Source: Octopus sinensis (lineage: Eukaryota). From it: a stretch of DNA of 64,000 nt. The position numbers were made by a program, and so were the translations under genes. The stretch covers positions 43,276,001-43,340,000 of the forward strand of contig NC_043007.1 in the NCBI RefSeq assembly GCF_006345805.1. Direction: 5' to 3'. The notes beneath the pieces are model-generated. The model ran no database searches. It was not told where the DNA came from and was given only the letters and a program-made list of their open reading frames with translations. Positions 26,841 to 38,858 of this stretch are shown piece after piece. Within the stretch, counting starts at the first letter, position 1; every line of letters begins with the position of its first letter.

Positions 26841-28513
26841 CAGGATGCAGTGAATAAACTGTTGTCTAAATTATGTAAACATGAAAATAACACTAACATC
26901 TCATTTAACAGATATATTTACTAAAACTACATAAAAATATCTTGAAATACTAAAGAGTAAATTTATTCAATTAAATCGCCATTGGGTTCAACCACAGTAT
27001 CCAGATGACTTCAGAATCTCCTGCAACTTTTCCTTGTTTAAGTTGGTGAATGTTGCCATAATCCTTGCCTTCAGTTCATCTATAGTGTTACATGGAGTTT
27101 TGTTGGTCTTTTGCTCAACTGTGCCCCACATGTAATAATCAAGGGGGTTGCAGTCTGGGGAGTTAGGTGGCCAGGTGTTGGGGGTGGTGTGGTTACAGAA
27201 ATTGTCTGATAACCATGACTGGGTTCCCCTGTTGCCAGACATAGAGTCTTTCAGCAGCCACCCTCTTTCCCCAGGGCAGCACTACCTCCTCCAGGCACTT
27301 GATGTAGGCCTCTGTGTTGAGTCTGTGGCCATGTGGGAAGATGAATGGAAACATAATGTTGCCATCACTAGTGATCCCTCCAAACACCTTGATGTTTGAT
27401 TTTTATCACTCTCAGTATGTGTTTTGGGAACATGGCAAGCCAACAGTTGTTCTATGTGTTCACCAGCTAATCCTGGCTGAAATTTTTCTCATCTGAGAAA
27501 AACCAAAGCATGTTCAGTTGGATGGAATGCTTGAGTTTGTTCAAAAGCTTCGTAGCATGGTCTTTGCTCTTGTCCTTGATGGCTTGCGATAAAAATTAGC
27601 CCTTTCTCATCTTGTATGATAAATACCAAATGCTCTTTCTCATCTTGTATGATGAATACCTGCCTGATAAGAAACTCAGACACTCCCTGGTGATGGACCT
27701 GATTGACTTGAAGGAATCATTGTCAATTATGGCTTGGATCTCACCAACAATTTCAGGAGTTGAAATAATATATTTCTAAATCTCTCAGAGGGATTTATGC
27801 AGTAGCAGCACGATAAAGTGATAGTATGTTGTCAACTTAATGTAACAGTCCCATAAAAGGGAAGAATGCTACTGTTATTTAGCCCTAGAAAACACCGTTT
27901 CCTATTGGACTTGACACATTTCCTGTGTCCTAATGTTTTCAAAGTGGAGACAAGCATCTCTACACTGATGATGAGCAATGGCTCTGAAACTAGTCTCTGG
28001 ATGCTGGCTTTGCTGGGTGGAGGTGCTTGTCTCCACTTTGAAAACATAAGGACACAGGAAATGTGTCAAGTCCAACAGAAAACAGTGTTTCCTAGGGCTA
28101 AATAACAGTAGCATTCTTCCCTTTTATGGGACTGTCACATTAAGTTGACAACATACTATCAAATTCAAGTGTTCTTTTCTTATCAGAATGATCAGAGTGA
28201 GTTTCCCAAGCTGCCATACCTTTGAAATCACCATTAGATTCATCCAACTCTTTCTGAATCCTCTGCACTGTCCTCAGTTTCACACCCAAACACTCTGAAA
28301 TGTTCATATTGGAGCTTCCGGCATGAATGTCAAGTAGTACAGTATGTTATTTCCAAATTTCTGGCTGAGTGAATTGTGTCATGATGCTGTTTTTCTCACA
28401 GACAATGCTCAACTGACCCTACTATACTGTGTAGTCAACAAAATCAAAAACAAACAATGCACATGCATAAAATTAAAAATATAAAATTGCAACAATTTAC
28501 TCATGGCACCCTG
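26841..28513 (-). mobile_element. Decayed Tc1/mariner element, maT/DD37D-like
   Basis: ORF pieces GITSDGNIMFPFIFPHG...YVWQQ and WPPNSPDCNPLDYYMWG; imperfect TIRs CAGGATGCAGTGAATAAACTGTTG / CAACAATTTACTCATGGCACCCTG. Confidence 0.8.
27819..28161. mobile_element. Fold-back MITE (~140-bp arms) nested in the maT element
   Basis: TGATAGTATGTTGTCAACTTAATG...CATTAAGTTGACAACATACTATCA; arms are near-identical reverse complements. Confidence 0.85.
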
Positions 28514-28689
28514 TATATATATCATCATCATCATCATCATTTAACGTCCGCTTTCCATGCTAGCATGGGTTGGACGGTTCAACTGGGGTCTGGGGAGCCC
28601 GAAGGCTGCACCAGGCCAGTCAGATCTGGCAGTGTTTCTACAGCTGGATGCCCTTCCTAACGCCAACCACTCCGAGAGTGTAGTGGGTG

Positions 28690-30450
28690 ATTTTATGTGC
28701 CACCGACACAGGTACCAGACGAGGCTGGCGAACGGCCACGCTCGGATGGTGTTTTTATGTGCCACCAACACAGGTGCCAGATGAAGCTGGCGAACGGCCA
28801 CGCTCGGATGGTGTTTTTATGTGCCACCGACACAGGTGCCAGACAAGGCTAGCAGACGACCACGCTCGGATGGTGTTTTTATGTGCCACCGACACAGGTG
28901 CCAGACGAGGCTGGCGAACGGCCATGCTCGGATGGTGTTTTTATGTGCCACCGACACAGGTGCCAGACGAAGCTGGCGAACGGCCACGCTCGGATGGTGT
29001 TTTTATGTGCCACCGACACAGGTGCCAGACAAGGCTAGCAGACGACCACGCTCGGATGGTGTTTTTATGTGCCACCAACACAGGTGCCAGATGAGGCTGG
29101 CGAACGGCCACGATTGGATGGTGATTGTTACGTGCCCACAGCATGGAGGCCCGGATGGTGTTTTTATGTGCCACCGACACAGGTGCCAGACAAGGCTAGC
29201 AGACGACCACGCTCGGATGGTGTTTTTTTATGTGCCACCGACACAGGTGCCAGACGAAGCTGGCGAACGGCCACGCTCGGATGGTGTTTTTATGTGCCAC
29301 CGACACAGGTGCCAGACAAGGCTAGCAGGCGACCACGCTCGGATGGTGTTTTTATGTGCCACCAACACAGGTGCCAGACGAGGCTGGCGAATGGCCACGC
29401 TCGGATGGTGTTTTTATGTGCCACCGACACAGGTGCCAGACAAGGCTAGCAGAGACCACGCTTGGATGGTGTTTTTTATGTGCCACCGACACAGGAGCCA
29501 GATTAGGCTGGAAATCGGCCACGATTGGATGGTGATTGTTACGTGCCCACAGCATGGAGGCCCGGATGGTGTTTTTATGTGCCACCGACACAGGTGCCAG
29601 ACAAGGCTAGCAGACGACCACGCTCGGATGGTGTTTTTTTATGTGCCACCGACACAGGTGCCAGACGAAGCTGGCGAACGGCCACGCTCGGATGGTGTTT
29701 TTATGTGCCACCGACACAGGTGCCAGACAAGGCTAGCAGACGACCACGCTCGGATGGTGTTTTTTTATGTGCCACCGACACAGGTGCCAGACAAGGCTAG
29801 CAGACGACCACGCTCGGATGGTGTTTTTATGTGCCACCGACACAGGTGCCAGACAAGGCTAGCAGACGACCACGCTCGGATGGTGTTTTTATGTGCCACC
29901 AACACAGGTGCCAGACGAGGCTGGCGAACGGCCACGCTCGGATGGTGTTTTTATGTGCCACCGACACAGGTGCCAGACAAGGCTAGCAGAGACCACGCTC
30001 GGATGGTGTTTTTTATGTGCCACCGACACAGGAGCCAGATTAGGCTGGAAATCGGCCACGATTGGATGGTGATTGTTACGTGCCCACAGCATGGAGGCCC
30101 GGATGGTGTTTTTATGTGCCACCGACACAGGTGCCAGACAAGGCTAGCAGACGACCACGCTCGGATGGTGTTTTTTTATGTGCCACCGACACAGGTGCCA
30201 GACGAGGCTGGCGAACGGCCACGCTCGGATGGTGTTTTTATGTGCCACCGACACAGGTGCCAGACAAGGCTAGCAGACGACCATTCTCGGATGGTGTTTT
30301 TTATGTGCCACCGACACAGGAGCCAGATTAGGCTGGCGATCGGCCACGATTGGATGGTGATTGTTACGTGCCCACAGCATGGAGGCCAGTCAGTGCGGTA
30401 CTGGCTACGGCCACGTTCGGATGGTTTTCTTGTGTGCCACCGGCACTGGT
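28690..30450. repeat. ~62-bp tandem array (~26 units) with variant units and a higher-order pattern, in the RTE 3' UTR
   Basis: Core CGGATGGTG(T)5-7ATGTGCCACCGACACAGGTGCCAGA plus variant ends; period 62 (28801 to 28863); a ~40-bp interruption recurs at ~29111, 29522, 30059 and 30348. Confidence 0.97.
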
Positions 30451-30602
30451 ACCACAAAGATACAAATTCCATTGATGTTCATCTATTTTGATTTTGTTTG
30501 ATTTTCACTTGCCTCAACAGGTCTTCACAAGTGTCACAAGAAGGAAGGTATGCACAGGTGGACTGACTACGTCCCAGGTAGGGGCCACGGGTTATGGCCT
30601 GA

Positions 30603-33568
30603 CTAGTCTTGCCGGGTCTTCTCACGCACAGCATACTTCCATAGGTCTCGGTCTCTAGTCATTTCCTTGGTGAGACCTAAAGTTCGTAGGTCGTGCTTCA
30701 TCACTTCGTCCCAGGTTTTCCTGGGTCTACCTCTTCCACAGGTTCCCTCAACTGCTAGGGTGTAGCACTTTTGCACACAACTATCTTCAGCCATTCTCGT
30801 CATATGACCATACCAGCGCAGCCGTCTCTCTTGCACACCACAACTGACGCTTCTTATGTTCAACTTTTCTCTCAAGGTACTTACACTCTGACGATTATGA
30901 ACACTGACATTACACATCCATCGGAGCATACTGGCTTCATTTCTTGCGAGCTTACGCATATCCTCAGCAGTCATGGCCCATGTTTCACTACCATGTAGCA
31001 TGGCTGTATGTACACATGCATCATAAAGTCTGCCTTTTACTCTGAGCGAGAGACCTTTTGTCACCAGCAGGGGTAAGAGCTCTCTAAACTTTGCCCAGGC
31101 TATTCTTACTCTAGCAGTTACACTTTCAGCACACCCACCCCCGCGGAAGCTATCAACTACTTCTAGTTTGTCTCCCTGGAACGTGGTAGAAGTTGGTCTC
31201 TGCACATTTCCAGTGTTTATTTCTCCTGAGCATCTGCCACATACGAAAACTATCTTCCCAGTTAGCCTACCTTTGACATTGCTGCACCTCTTATGTGTCC
31301 ATAGCTTACACTTGGTGCACCTTATAGAGTTTCTACCTACACCTTTTTTACAGATCGAGCAGGGCCATCTACCTGAAGTCGTTTGTGGTTGGTCCACTTT
31401 CCTACTTATTAGGACTTTGGTTTTGGCTAGGTTGATTCTAAGGCCCTTCGATTCTAATCCTTGTTTCCACACCTGAAACTTCTCCTCCAGTTCTGATAGT
31501 GACTCAGCAATTAGAGCAAGGTCATCAGCATAGAGGAGCTCCCAGGGGCATCCTGTCTTGAATTCTTCCGTTATTGCCTGGAGGACTATGATAAATAGGA
31601 GGGGGCTGAGGACTGAACCTTGGTGGACCCCAACCTCTACCCGGAATTCTTCACTGTACTCATTGCCAACCCTCACCTTACTAGCTGCGTCTCTGTACAT
31701 GGCTCGTACAGCTCTCACTAACCATTCATCTATCCCTAGTTTCCTCATTGACCACCAGATAAGGGATCGGGGGACCCTGTCAAAGGCTTTCTCCAAGTCA
31801 ACAAAAGCCAGGTACAAGGGTTTACCTTTGGCTAGGTATTTCTCCTGCAGCTGTCTTACCAGGAATATAGCATCAGTAGTACTTTTCCCTGGCACGAACC
31901 CAAACTGCATATCATCTAAGCTAACTCTCTCTCTAATTAACTGGGCTATAACCCTCTCCGTAACCTTCATTACCTGATCCAACAGCTTGATGCCCCTGTA
32001 GTTATTTGTATCTAGGGCATCGCCTTTACCTTTGTAGCAGTTGACTATTATGCTGCTACACCAGTCATTGGGTATGACTCCTTCGTGTATCACCTGGTTA
32101 ACTATACGGGTGACTATGCTATAGCCGACACTACCAGATATTTTGAGCATCTCTGCAGTAATTCCTGATGGGCCTGGGGCTTTCCCTGTCTTCATGCTTC
32201 TAATTTCCTTAGCTACCACGGAACTATCAACTCGGATAGCTGGTCCCTCTGTTGGGTCAACATTCGGCAGACTCTCTTTATCCCATTCGTTTTCCTCATT
32301 CAGCAACCTTTCATAGTGGCGTCTCCAAGCTTCTCTCTTTGCATCCTCATTTAGCGCAAGTGAACCATCCTCCATGCGAACACATTTCTCTCCCACCACA
32401 TCACGATTCTCTCTCACACACTGTCTTGCAACACGAAATACCTCAAGTCTTTCATCCTCACGGTGCAGGACATTGGCAAATTTTCTCTTATCTGCTTCCC
32501 CTCTGGCTAGATAGACCTGTCTCCTAGCTTCCCTTCTGGCAGTCTGATACACTTCCCTGCTACCACCATTCTTCCAGGCCTTCCAAGCCTGTTTCTTTTG
32601 TCTAATAGCCCTGTCAACAATATTGTTCCACCACCAAGTTATTTTGGGTCTTAAGGGGACTTTGCACCAGCCACAGATCTGGTCAGCGGCTTTCAGCAGG
32701 TTGTCCCTCAGAAACGTCCAGTTGTCTTCTACCCCATGTGTAGCTATACCCCCTTCCACTTCATCAAAGGCTTCAAGTAACATATCTCTAAATCTCTGTC
32801 CATTTGCAGGGTCTTTAAGCTTCCAGACCCTTCTTCTCCATGTTGGTCGTCTTCTAGTCGCCCTCTTAGTCCTGATCCTAAAGTCACTAACTACCAGTCT
32901 ATGTTGTGGGGTGCATTCTTCGCCTGGGAAGGTTTTGGCATTTATAAGCAGCCATCTTTTCCTTTTTCTGGCAAGGATGTAGTCGATTTGGCTAGTATGC
33001 CGGCCCGATCGGTAGGTGACCAGGTGGCTTGTTGGTTTCCTGAAGTTAGTGTTGCAGACCATAAGACTATTCGCATCGCAGAACTCCAGCAGCCTGGTTC
33101 CCTCCTCGTTGCGGGAACCATAACCGTAGCCTCCATGTACGCCATGGAAGCGCCCAGCATGTCGTCCAACATGCCCATTGAAATCACCAGCCACAAAGAG
33201 AAGGTCCCTGTCGTTCGTCAATGAGGTGGTCTGCAGTAGGGTGTCATAGAAACTGTCTTTCTGTCCATCGGGTAGCCCAGGCTGAGGGGCATAGGCCGAT
33301 ATAATGGTTGCTAATCTATTATGAAGCACTATTCTAATCTTAAGTATTCTGTCACTTACTCTGATTACCTCAATTACTCTATCTATCCATTTCTCAGCGA
33401 TAAGTATACCCACGCCACCAACCCCGTCAGTGTTCCCTGCCCAGAAAATCTTGTACCTGTGTTCCTTGCCTGTGAGGAACCTAGCAGATCCTCCTCTCCA
33501 CCTTATTTCTTGCATACAACATACATCAACACGTCTCCGTTCAAGCATCTCGACTATCTCGCCAGACC
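30603..33568 (-). CDS. RTE ORF: AP endonuclease, reverse transcriptase, PHD-like Cys/His insert; lacks the YLG motif
   Basis: EN motifs MQEIRW, GVGILI, AGDFNGHVG, SQIDYIL; RT motifs YRGIKLL, QFGF, AFVDLEKAFDRV, GVHQGSVLSPLLF, YADD. The first ~34 aa of the listed ORF are translated microsatellite and tail. Confidence 0.9.
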
Positions 33569-33652
33569 TATATATATATACATATATATATATCTCGCCA
33601 GACTTATATATATATACATATATATATATACATACATATATATATATATACA

Positions 33653-33688
33653 GTCCAACCCATGCTAGCATGGAAAGCGGACGCTAAT

Positions 33689-33722
<34 letters not shown>
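33653..33722 (+). mobile_element. Very short RTE 3'-end copy, inverted relative to the adjacent LINE
   Basis: 33653-33683 is the exact reverse complement of 28545-28575, followed by (GAT)n. Confidence 0.9.
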
Positions 33723-33734
33723 ACTTATTTTTGA

Positions 33735-34020
33735 TATTCTAGGGAGAGGAAAAAGTTCATGTGCCATGTTAAAATAATGATTTTTTTTATGCAAGAATTT
33801 ATTTAAAAAACAAGAACTACTCTTCAAAATAAAGACCATCATTTTCCACCACCTTCTCCCAATATTAGGAAACAAAACCTGAAAAAATTTCCCCCTGCTT
33901 GCCTGAAAAAATTTTCCAGAACAAATTCCAATATAATTAGAATCTAAACCATCTGAAGTGTATTTGTAGAAAATTTTCTGGAAGTTATGAGGAAACAAAC
34001 TCGGTAGGGAACAGTTGTGC
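33735..34020 (-). mobile_element. Mariner transposase C-terminal remnant
   Basis: Minus strand encodes ...WEKVVENDGLYFEE*, a typical mariner C-terminus. Confidence 0.5.
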
Positions 34021-35437
34021 ATGTATACTCATTGCTTTATACTATACTAATACAAAGATTGCATTGCAATTATATATCTACATGTCTGCTTGCTTCGCTC
34101 CACTTTAATTTTGTATGTAACAATATCTAATCCTATAACTGCATGTTATATACAAACAAACAATATATTTCTTTCATTCAGGTTGCATCAATCAAACAGA
34201 TGACAACAATGTGAATGAGGTGTGCTCAGTTTTTCACTACACAAAAACATAGATAATGGTATTTATGACGATATTGTGTTTAGTAACGAATACTGACTAT
34301 TAAAAATGCATTGAAGTTAATGTGTGTGTGTATAAATTTATTGGAAGTATTTAGGTAGTATTTTTTCACTGCTTTATAAATGCATGTCGCCATCATCATG
34401 TCCTTTTAACATAATTGTATTTCATCCTATAACTATTTCGTATTTTCCATTATTGACGATCAAGCTTCCTTTATGTTGCATGTCTTACCAATGTTCTTCC
34501 CACATGCATGCCATATATACTTACATGTATACACTGTAGGCATAAAAGATACAAACCCAAATCAATGTAAAACATGCTATCTCAAAGATAGCTTGTTCGC
34601 ACTAATATGTAAATGTGTGTGTGTGTGTACACACACACACACACACACACATATATATGTACCCATATAAGCATATATATGTGTGTGTGTGTGTGTGCAT
34701 AAGTTTATCTTAGTATTTTTGATGCGATTCTACTCAATAATGTTCTCTTCCCCTATTGTTTTCTCTCTCATCCTTTCTCTAATTCCTTTTTTCTTCCCCG
34801 CCACTGTTTTCTATCTGTGTGTGTCTCTCTCTCCCTCTTTCTTCTTTACTTTCTCTCGTTGCTCACACGTGACCATCATCCACCTTTCTTTTCCTCACGG
34901 GATCATCTTTCTTTTCCTTCAGGGCTGTCGTAAAGACTGCACGTATCCTATCTATCTCTCTTTTCTCTTGTCAAAGAAAATATTTCTCCAGCATTCACTA
35001 TTTTACTTTGGTCTAACATTTGGCTTAACATTTGGTCTAACGACCCTCCATGTTTGTTTTCGTTTGGTTTCCTTGTATGTCTCCTCTGTCCTGTTTTTGT
35101 TACCAGCTTTGACCTTCCATAAATCCCAAATTTTATTTTGGCTTTTGTGGGAGCAACTGCTTTTGAAGACTCATATTGTTGTTCAATGCTTGAAATGTGG
35201 AGTAGACGGACAGCCAACAACTGATACAGGGTTGTTCTTTATGTTACTTGTCCTGTTTTCTATTTGTTTCGTTGTTGGTGCATTGAACTCATTTGTTTTC
35301 GTATTTCCTGTTGTTTACAGTTTGTGATGCCCTGTACCCATATATGCATATATGTATATTTTTATTTATTTATTTATTTCGTTTGTGGATTTGGTTTGCA
35401 AGATTCTTTATATCAGTTTGTGTGTTGAAGCATATTC

Positions 35438-35650
35438 TGTTGTGCTTGGGGAGAGTCATTCTCTTTTAGTGCCTTATAATTTAATACACCCACCGGTAAA
35501 ATTTCCACTTATTTCTTTTTTTTATTTTATTTTTTAATTAAAATTTAAAAAAAATTTTTCTATAATAAAAAAAGAAATATGAGGAAATTTTACTGGTGAG
35601 TGTGATAATTATAAGGCACCAAAAGAGAATGACTCTCCCAAGACACAACA
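35438..35650. repeat. Inverted repeat (~70-bp arms, AT-rich spacer)
   Basis: GGGAGAGTCATTCTCTTTTAGTGCCTTATAAT / ATTATAAGGCACCAAAAGAGAATGACTCTCCC. Confidence 0.85.
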
Positions 35651-35941
35651 ATATATATTTTTACGTATATATATATATATATGTATGTATGTATGTATAC
35701 CTATGTTTGTATGTATGCATGTATATATGTATGTGTTCATCTAGCATGACTTGATTCAAAACAAGAATTTTTTCGTTTCTCCCATTCCCACCTTTCCTCT
35801 ACACTTCTTTCTTCTAACTTTCTGAAGAAGAGTTTAAGCACGAAAAGATACTTCCACTTTCTTAATCTTTTGTTAAGCGTTAAACAAATAATTTTACACA
35901 TTGTTTTCACTTCGTTTTGTTTTTCTCTCGTACATTTTGAA

Positions 35942-35979
<38 letters not shown>

Positions 35980-36444
35980 CGTGTGCGTGCGCGAATGTTC
36001 AGATGTATTTAGGGAGACCAGGTCTATCTATCCATATATATTATATTTGGGAGTCAGTTGACGATTTACTGATACCATCCAGAATTACACACCGCGTGTT
36101 TTCTGTTTGCAATCTCAAAGTTTAAAAGACATGGTGCAATAAAGGTAAAACTTCAGTTGTTGTTGGTTGCCGAGTATTTTAAAAATCGTTATCATAATTC
36201 ACCTTTATTTTCAAGTGTCTTAGGAATGAGGCAGCGATTTCTTTTCAATTTAGTTTCCAAAATTCCCTCTGATTTTGTTTTCTTAAACGAGACTGACAAA
36301 GGAGGGAAAAGAAGCAAGAAAAACAAAGAAATCATGGTTTGTGCCCAACAATGACTGAGAAGGACACGCGAACACAGTCACTGACTACTTACTAAAAGAA
36401 AGAAAGAAAGAAAGAAGAAAGTGGTTGCATTGAAATAAAAGGCT

Positions 36445-36620
36445 AATAGCGGTATTTAGTCTGCCGTTACGTTCTGAGTTCAAACTCCGCCGAGGTCGAC
36501 TTTGCCTTTCATCCTTTCGGGGTCGATAAATTAAGTACCAGTTACGCACTAGGGTCGATGTAATCGACTTAATTCCTTTGTCTGTCCCCTCTATGTTTAG
36601 CCCCTTGTGGGCAATAAAGA
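36445..36620 (+). mobile_element. Second SINE family, forward copy
   Basis: GTTCTGAGTTCAAACTCCGCCGAGGTCGACTTTGCCTTTCATCCTTTCGGGGTCGAT. Confidence 0.78.
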
Positions 36621-36833
36621 TATAAGAAAGTACAGAGAACATGTGAGAGAATAATAATGAAAGAACATAAGGAAAAAGATATTCTGATAATGATATGGAA
36701 AATGTATGAAGAGAACGTATGAGAGGAGAGACACTTGTGCAGTGTATAAGTTGAAGAGAATTATTATGCAAAAAGAAAAACTAATAGAGATGAAGGTGAA
36801 AATGTATATGGTTGTGTGCGCGCGCACATACAT

Positions 36834-37003
36834 ACATCTTATAATTAAGGGCTAAAGAAGGTTATTCTATAGCCAATACACTGATTTATCCACTTATAAT
36901 CTACTTGTTACAGGAAAATTTAACTGAAATTTTCCTGTAACAAGTGGATAAATCAGTGTATTGGCTATAGAATAACCTTCTTTAGCCCTTAATTATAAGA
37001 TGT
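36834..37003. repeat. Near-perfect 170-bp palindrome
   Basis: 76-bp paired arms, 5-nt loop, one 11-nt bulge. Confidence 0.93.
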
Positions 37004-37346
37004 TTATACTTCAACCGTAATGGTTTTTTTAATATACTGCCACGCTTTTTGATGGGATCCTTTCCTGTAGAGAAAGGGACTTCATCCTATATTGTTAGTA
37101 CATTCATATATATATATATATATAAAATAACTTTCATATGTATTAAATCTGTACATCACCCCCAATACTTCTAACATATATATATATATATATATATATA
37201 CTAAGCAATAAAGGGTTTAGCAACGAATTGCCTTACCACATACCTTAGTATTACTTAAATTTTCCTCGAATGAGGCTTTTACATGCCGAAGACTACTTGG
37301 TGTAATTGATAATTATTCCAAATTAATTAATTTCACCCTTCATTAT

Positions 37347-37398
<52 letters not shown>

Positions 37399-38343
37399 GA
37401 AAGAGCGGAAGAAAAAGGAGGAAGGTAATACAAAGGTAGTTATATGTGAAAGAGTGAGAGTGATTAATTGAGTAAGTAATTATGGAGGAGTCCATTAGTG
37501 AAAGAGATTAAGGTGGGAACAAAGTTATGGGAAGCTAAGAGTTTATGACTGTTAGTGGGAAGTAGAGAAAAAAAAACAATGTGTGTCTAACCGAGAGAGA
37601 AAAAAACGCGAGGGAAACATGAATGAAAAAAAAATGAAAGGAAATAGTGTCTGTGTGTGAAAGAAAGTCTGTGTGTGAAAGACACACAAAGTTAGAAAGA
37701 GTCGGTAAGTGAGATTATATACTGAGAGAGATAAAGTGTGTGTGTGTTTAATAGACAGAAATGAGACATACACACACACACACACACAGACGACACAAAA
37801 ATCTGCGACAGTAACTTTTCTTATGTTATTACTTTTGACAAAATAAATAAATAAAATTTTAAATCCAATAAGGGAACCTTTGTAGTCACACGACCTTTTA
37901 AAAATAGCAACTAAATCTCTCTCAAATGATCCATTTCGGATCTTTTCTACCAGTATACGAAGTTTCAAATTGTTTAGTTAAGTAGAAAATTCCGTCCTTC
38001 AAACGGAAAAGATCCATACTTTTGATTATAGATTGATCTTGGATGAATGCAAATTATAAATATCGAATTTTTTTTTTCATTTAGCTGGACCACAATGACG
38101 CAAAATACTTGCCGTCAGTTGCAGCCGGCCACGTGCAGTAGCAGTTGTTGCCGATGTGAACTTTCATTCTACCTTCATGTTATTGACAATAACAATAACC
38201 CCGGGTTAATCTCTATCGAGCAGCCTAGCGATGGAAGATGTTCGTGACCATCACGTCTTTTCTTGTATATCGAAGACTACACAGTCCAGCCAGTATAACC
38301 TTTTTAAAACGGACTATAGAGGCAAAACATTGCCGTATATATA

Positions 38344-38642
38344 CTAGCAGTATCGCCCGGCGTTGCTCGGGTTCGTAAGGGAAATAACTATATAAGCATT
38401 TTTAGAGAGTTACTTCCCTTATATAATAGCAAAAAAAAGATGCATTAAAAATGGAAAAAAATTATGGTAAATTTTTTTTTTAATCGTAGACTTATCGTAG
38501 ATTCGCGCTAATACCCAGAAGGGCTCGATATGAATCACGACTATAAGATACCCGCTTTTGGTTAAACTGCACCGCAAAATGTGGGAGTAGTTAGGAATCT
38601 AAATCGTAGGAGACAGAAACACAACTTCGCTTTTATATATAA

Positions 38643-38645
<3 letters not shown>
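38344..38645 (-). mobile_element. Non-autonomous Helitron (~300 bp)
   Basis: TC...hairpin-CTAG termini; body shared with 46425-46650 and 58904-59296. Confidence 0.87.
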
Positions 38646-38673
<28 letters not shown>

Positions 38674-38858
38674 CGTAAAAAGCACCCAATCCACTCACGG
38701 AGTGGTTGGCGTTAGGAAGGGCATCCAGCCGTAGAAACTCTGCCAGATTCAGACTGGAGCCTGGAGCGGCCCCTGGCTTCCCAGACCCGGTCGAACCGTC
38801 CAACCCGTGCTAGCGCGGAAAGCGGACGTTAAACGATGATGATGATGATGATGATGAT
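38674..38858 (+). mobile_element. RTE 3'-end fragment
   Basis: Family terminus plus (GAT)n, starting at a (TA)n tract. Confidence 0.88.

Larger units (their letters stand above)
28521..33568 (-). mobile_element. Near-full-length RTE-clade LINE, truncated just inside the endonuclease N-terminus, with (GAT)n tail
   Basis: APE + RT ORF, 3' UTR with tandem array, and terminal ...CATGCTAGCATGGAAAGCGGACGTTAAA(TGA)n shared with other copies in the window. Confidence 0.95.

Noticed and set aside
28690-30450. CRISPR-like array next to a reverse transcriptase
   Set aside because: The variable segments are a few recurring variants, not unique spacers; there are no cas genes; the unit is already present in the 3' UTR of other RTE copies here; the context is eukaryotic.
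33569-33671. N-terminus of the 1022-aa ORF as real protein
   Set aside because: It is translated (TA)n, junction duplication and inverted tail sequence.
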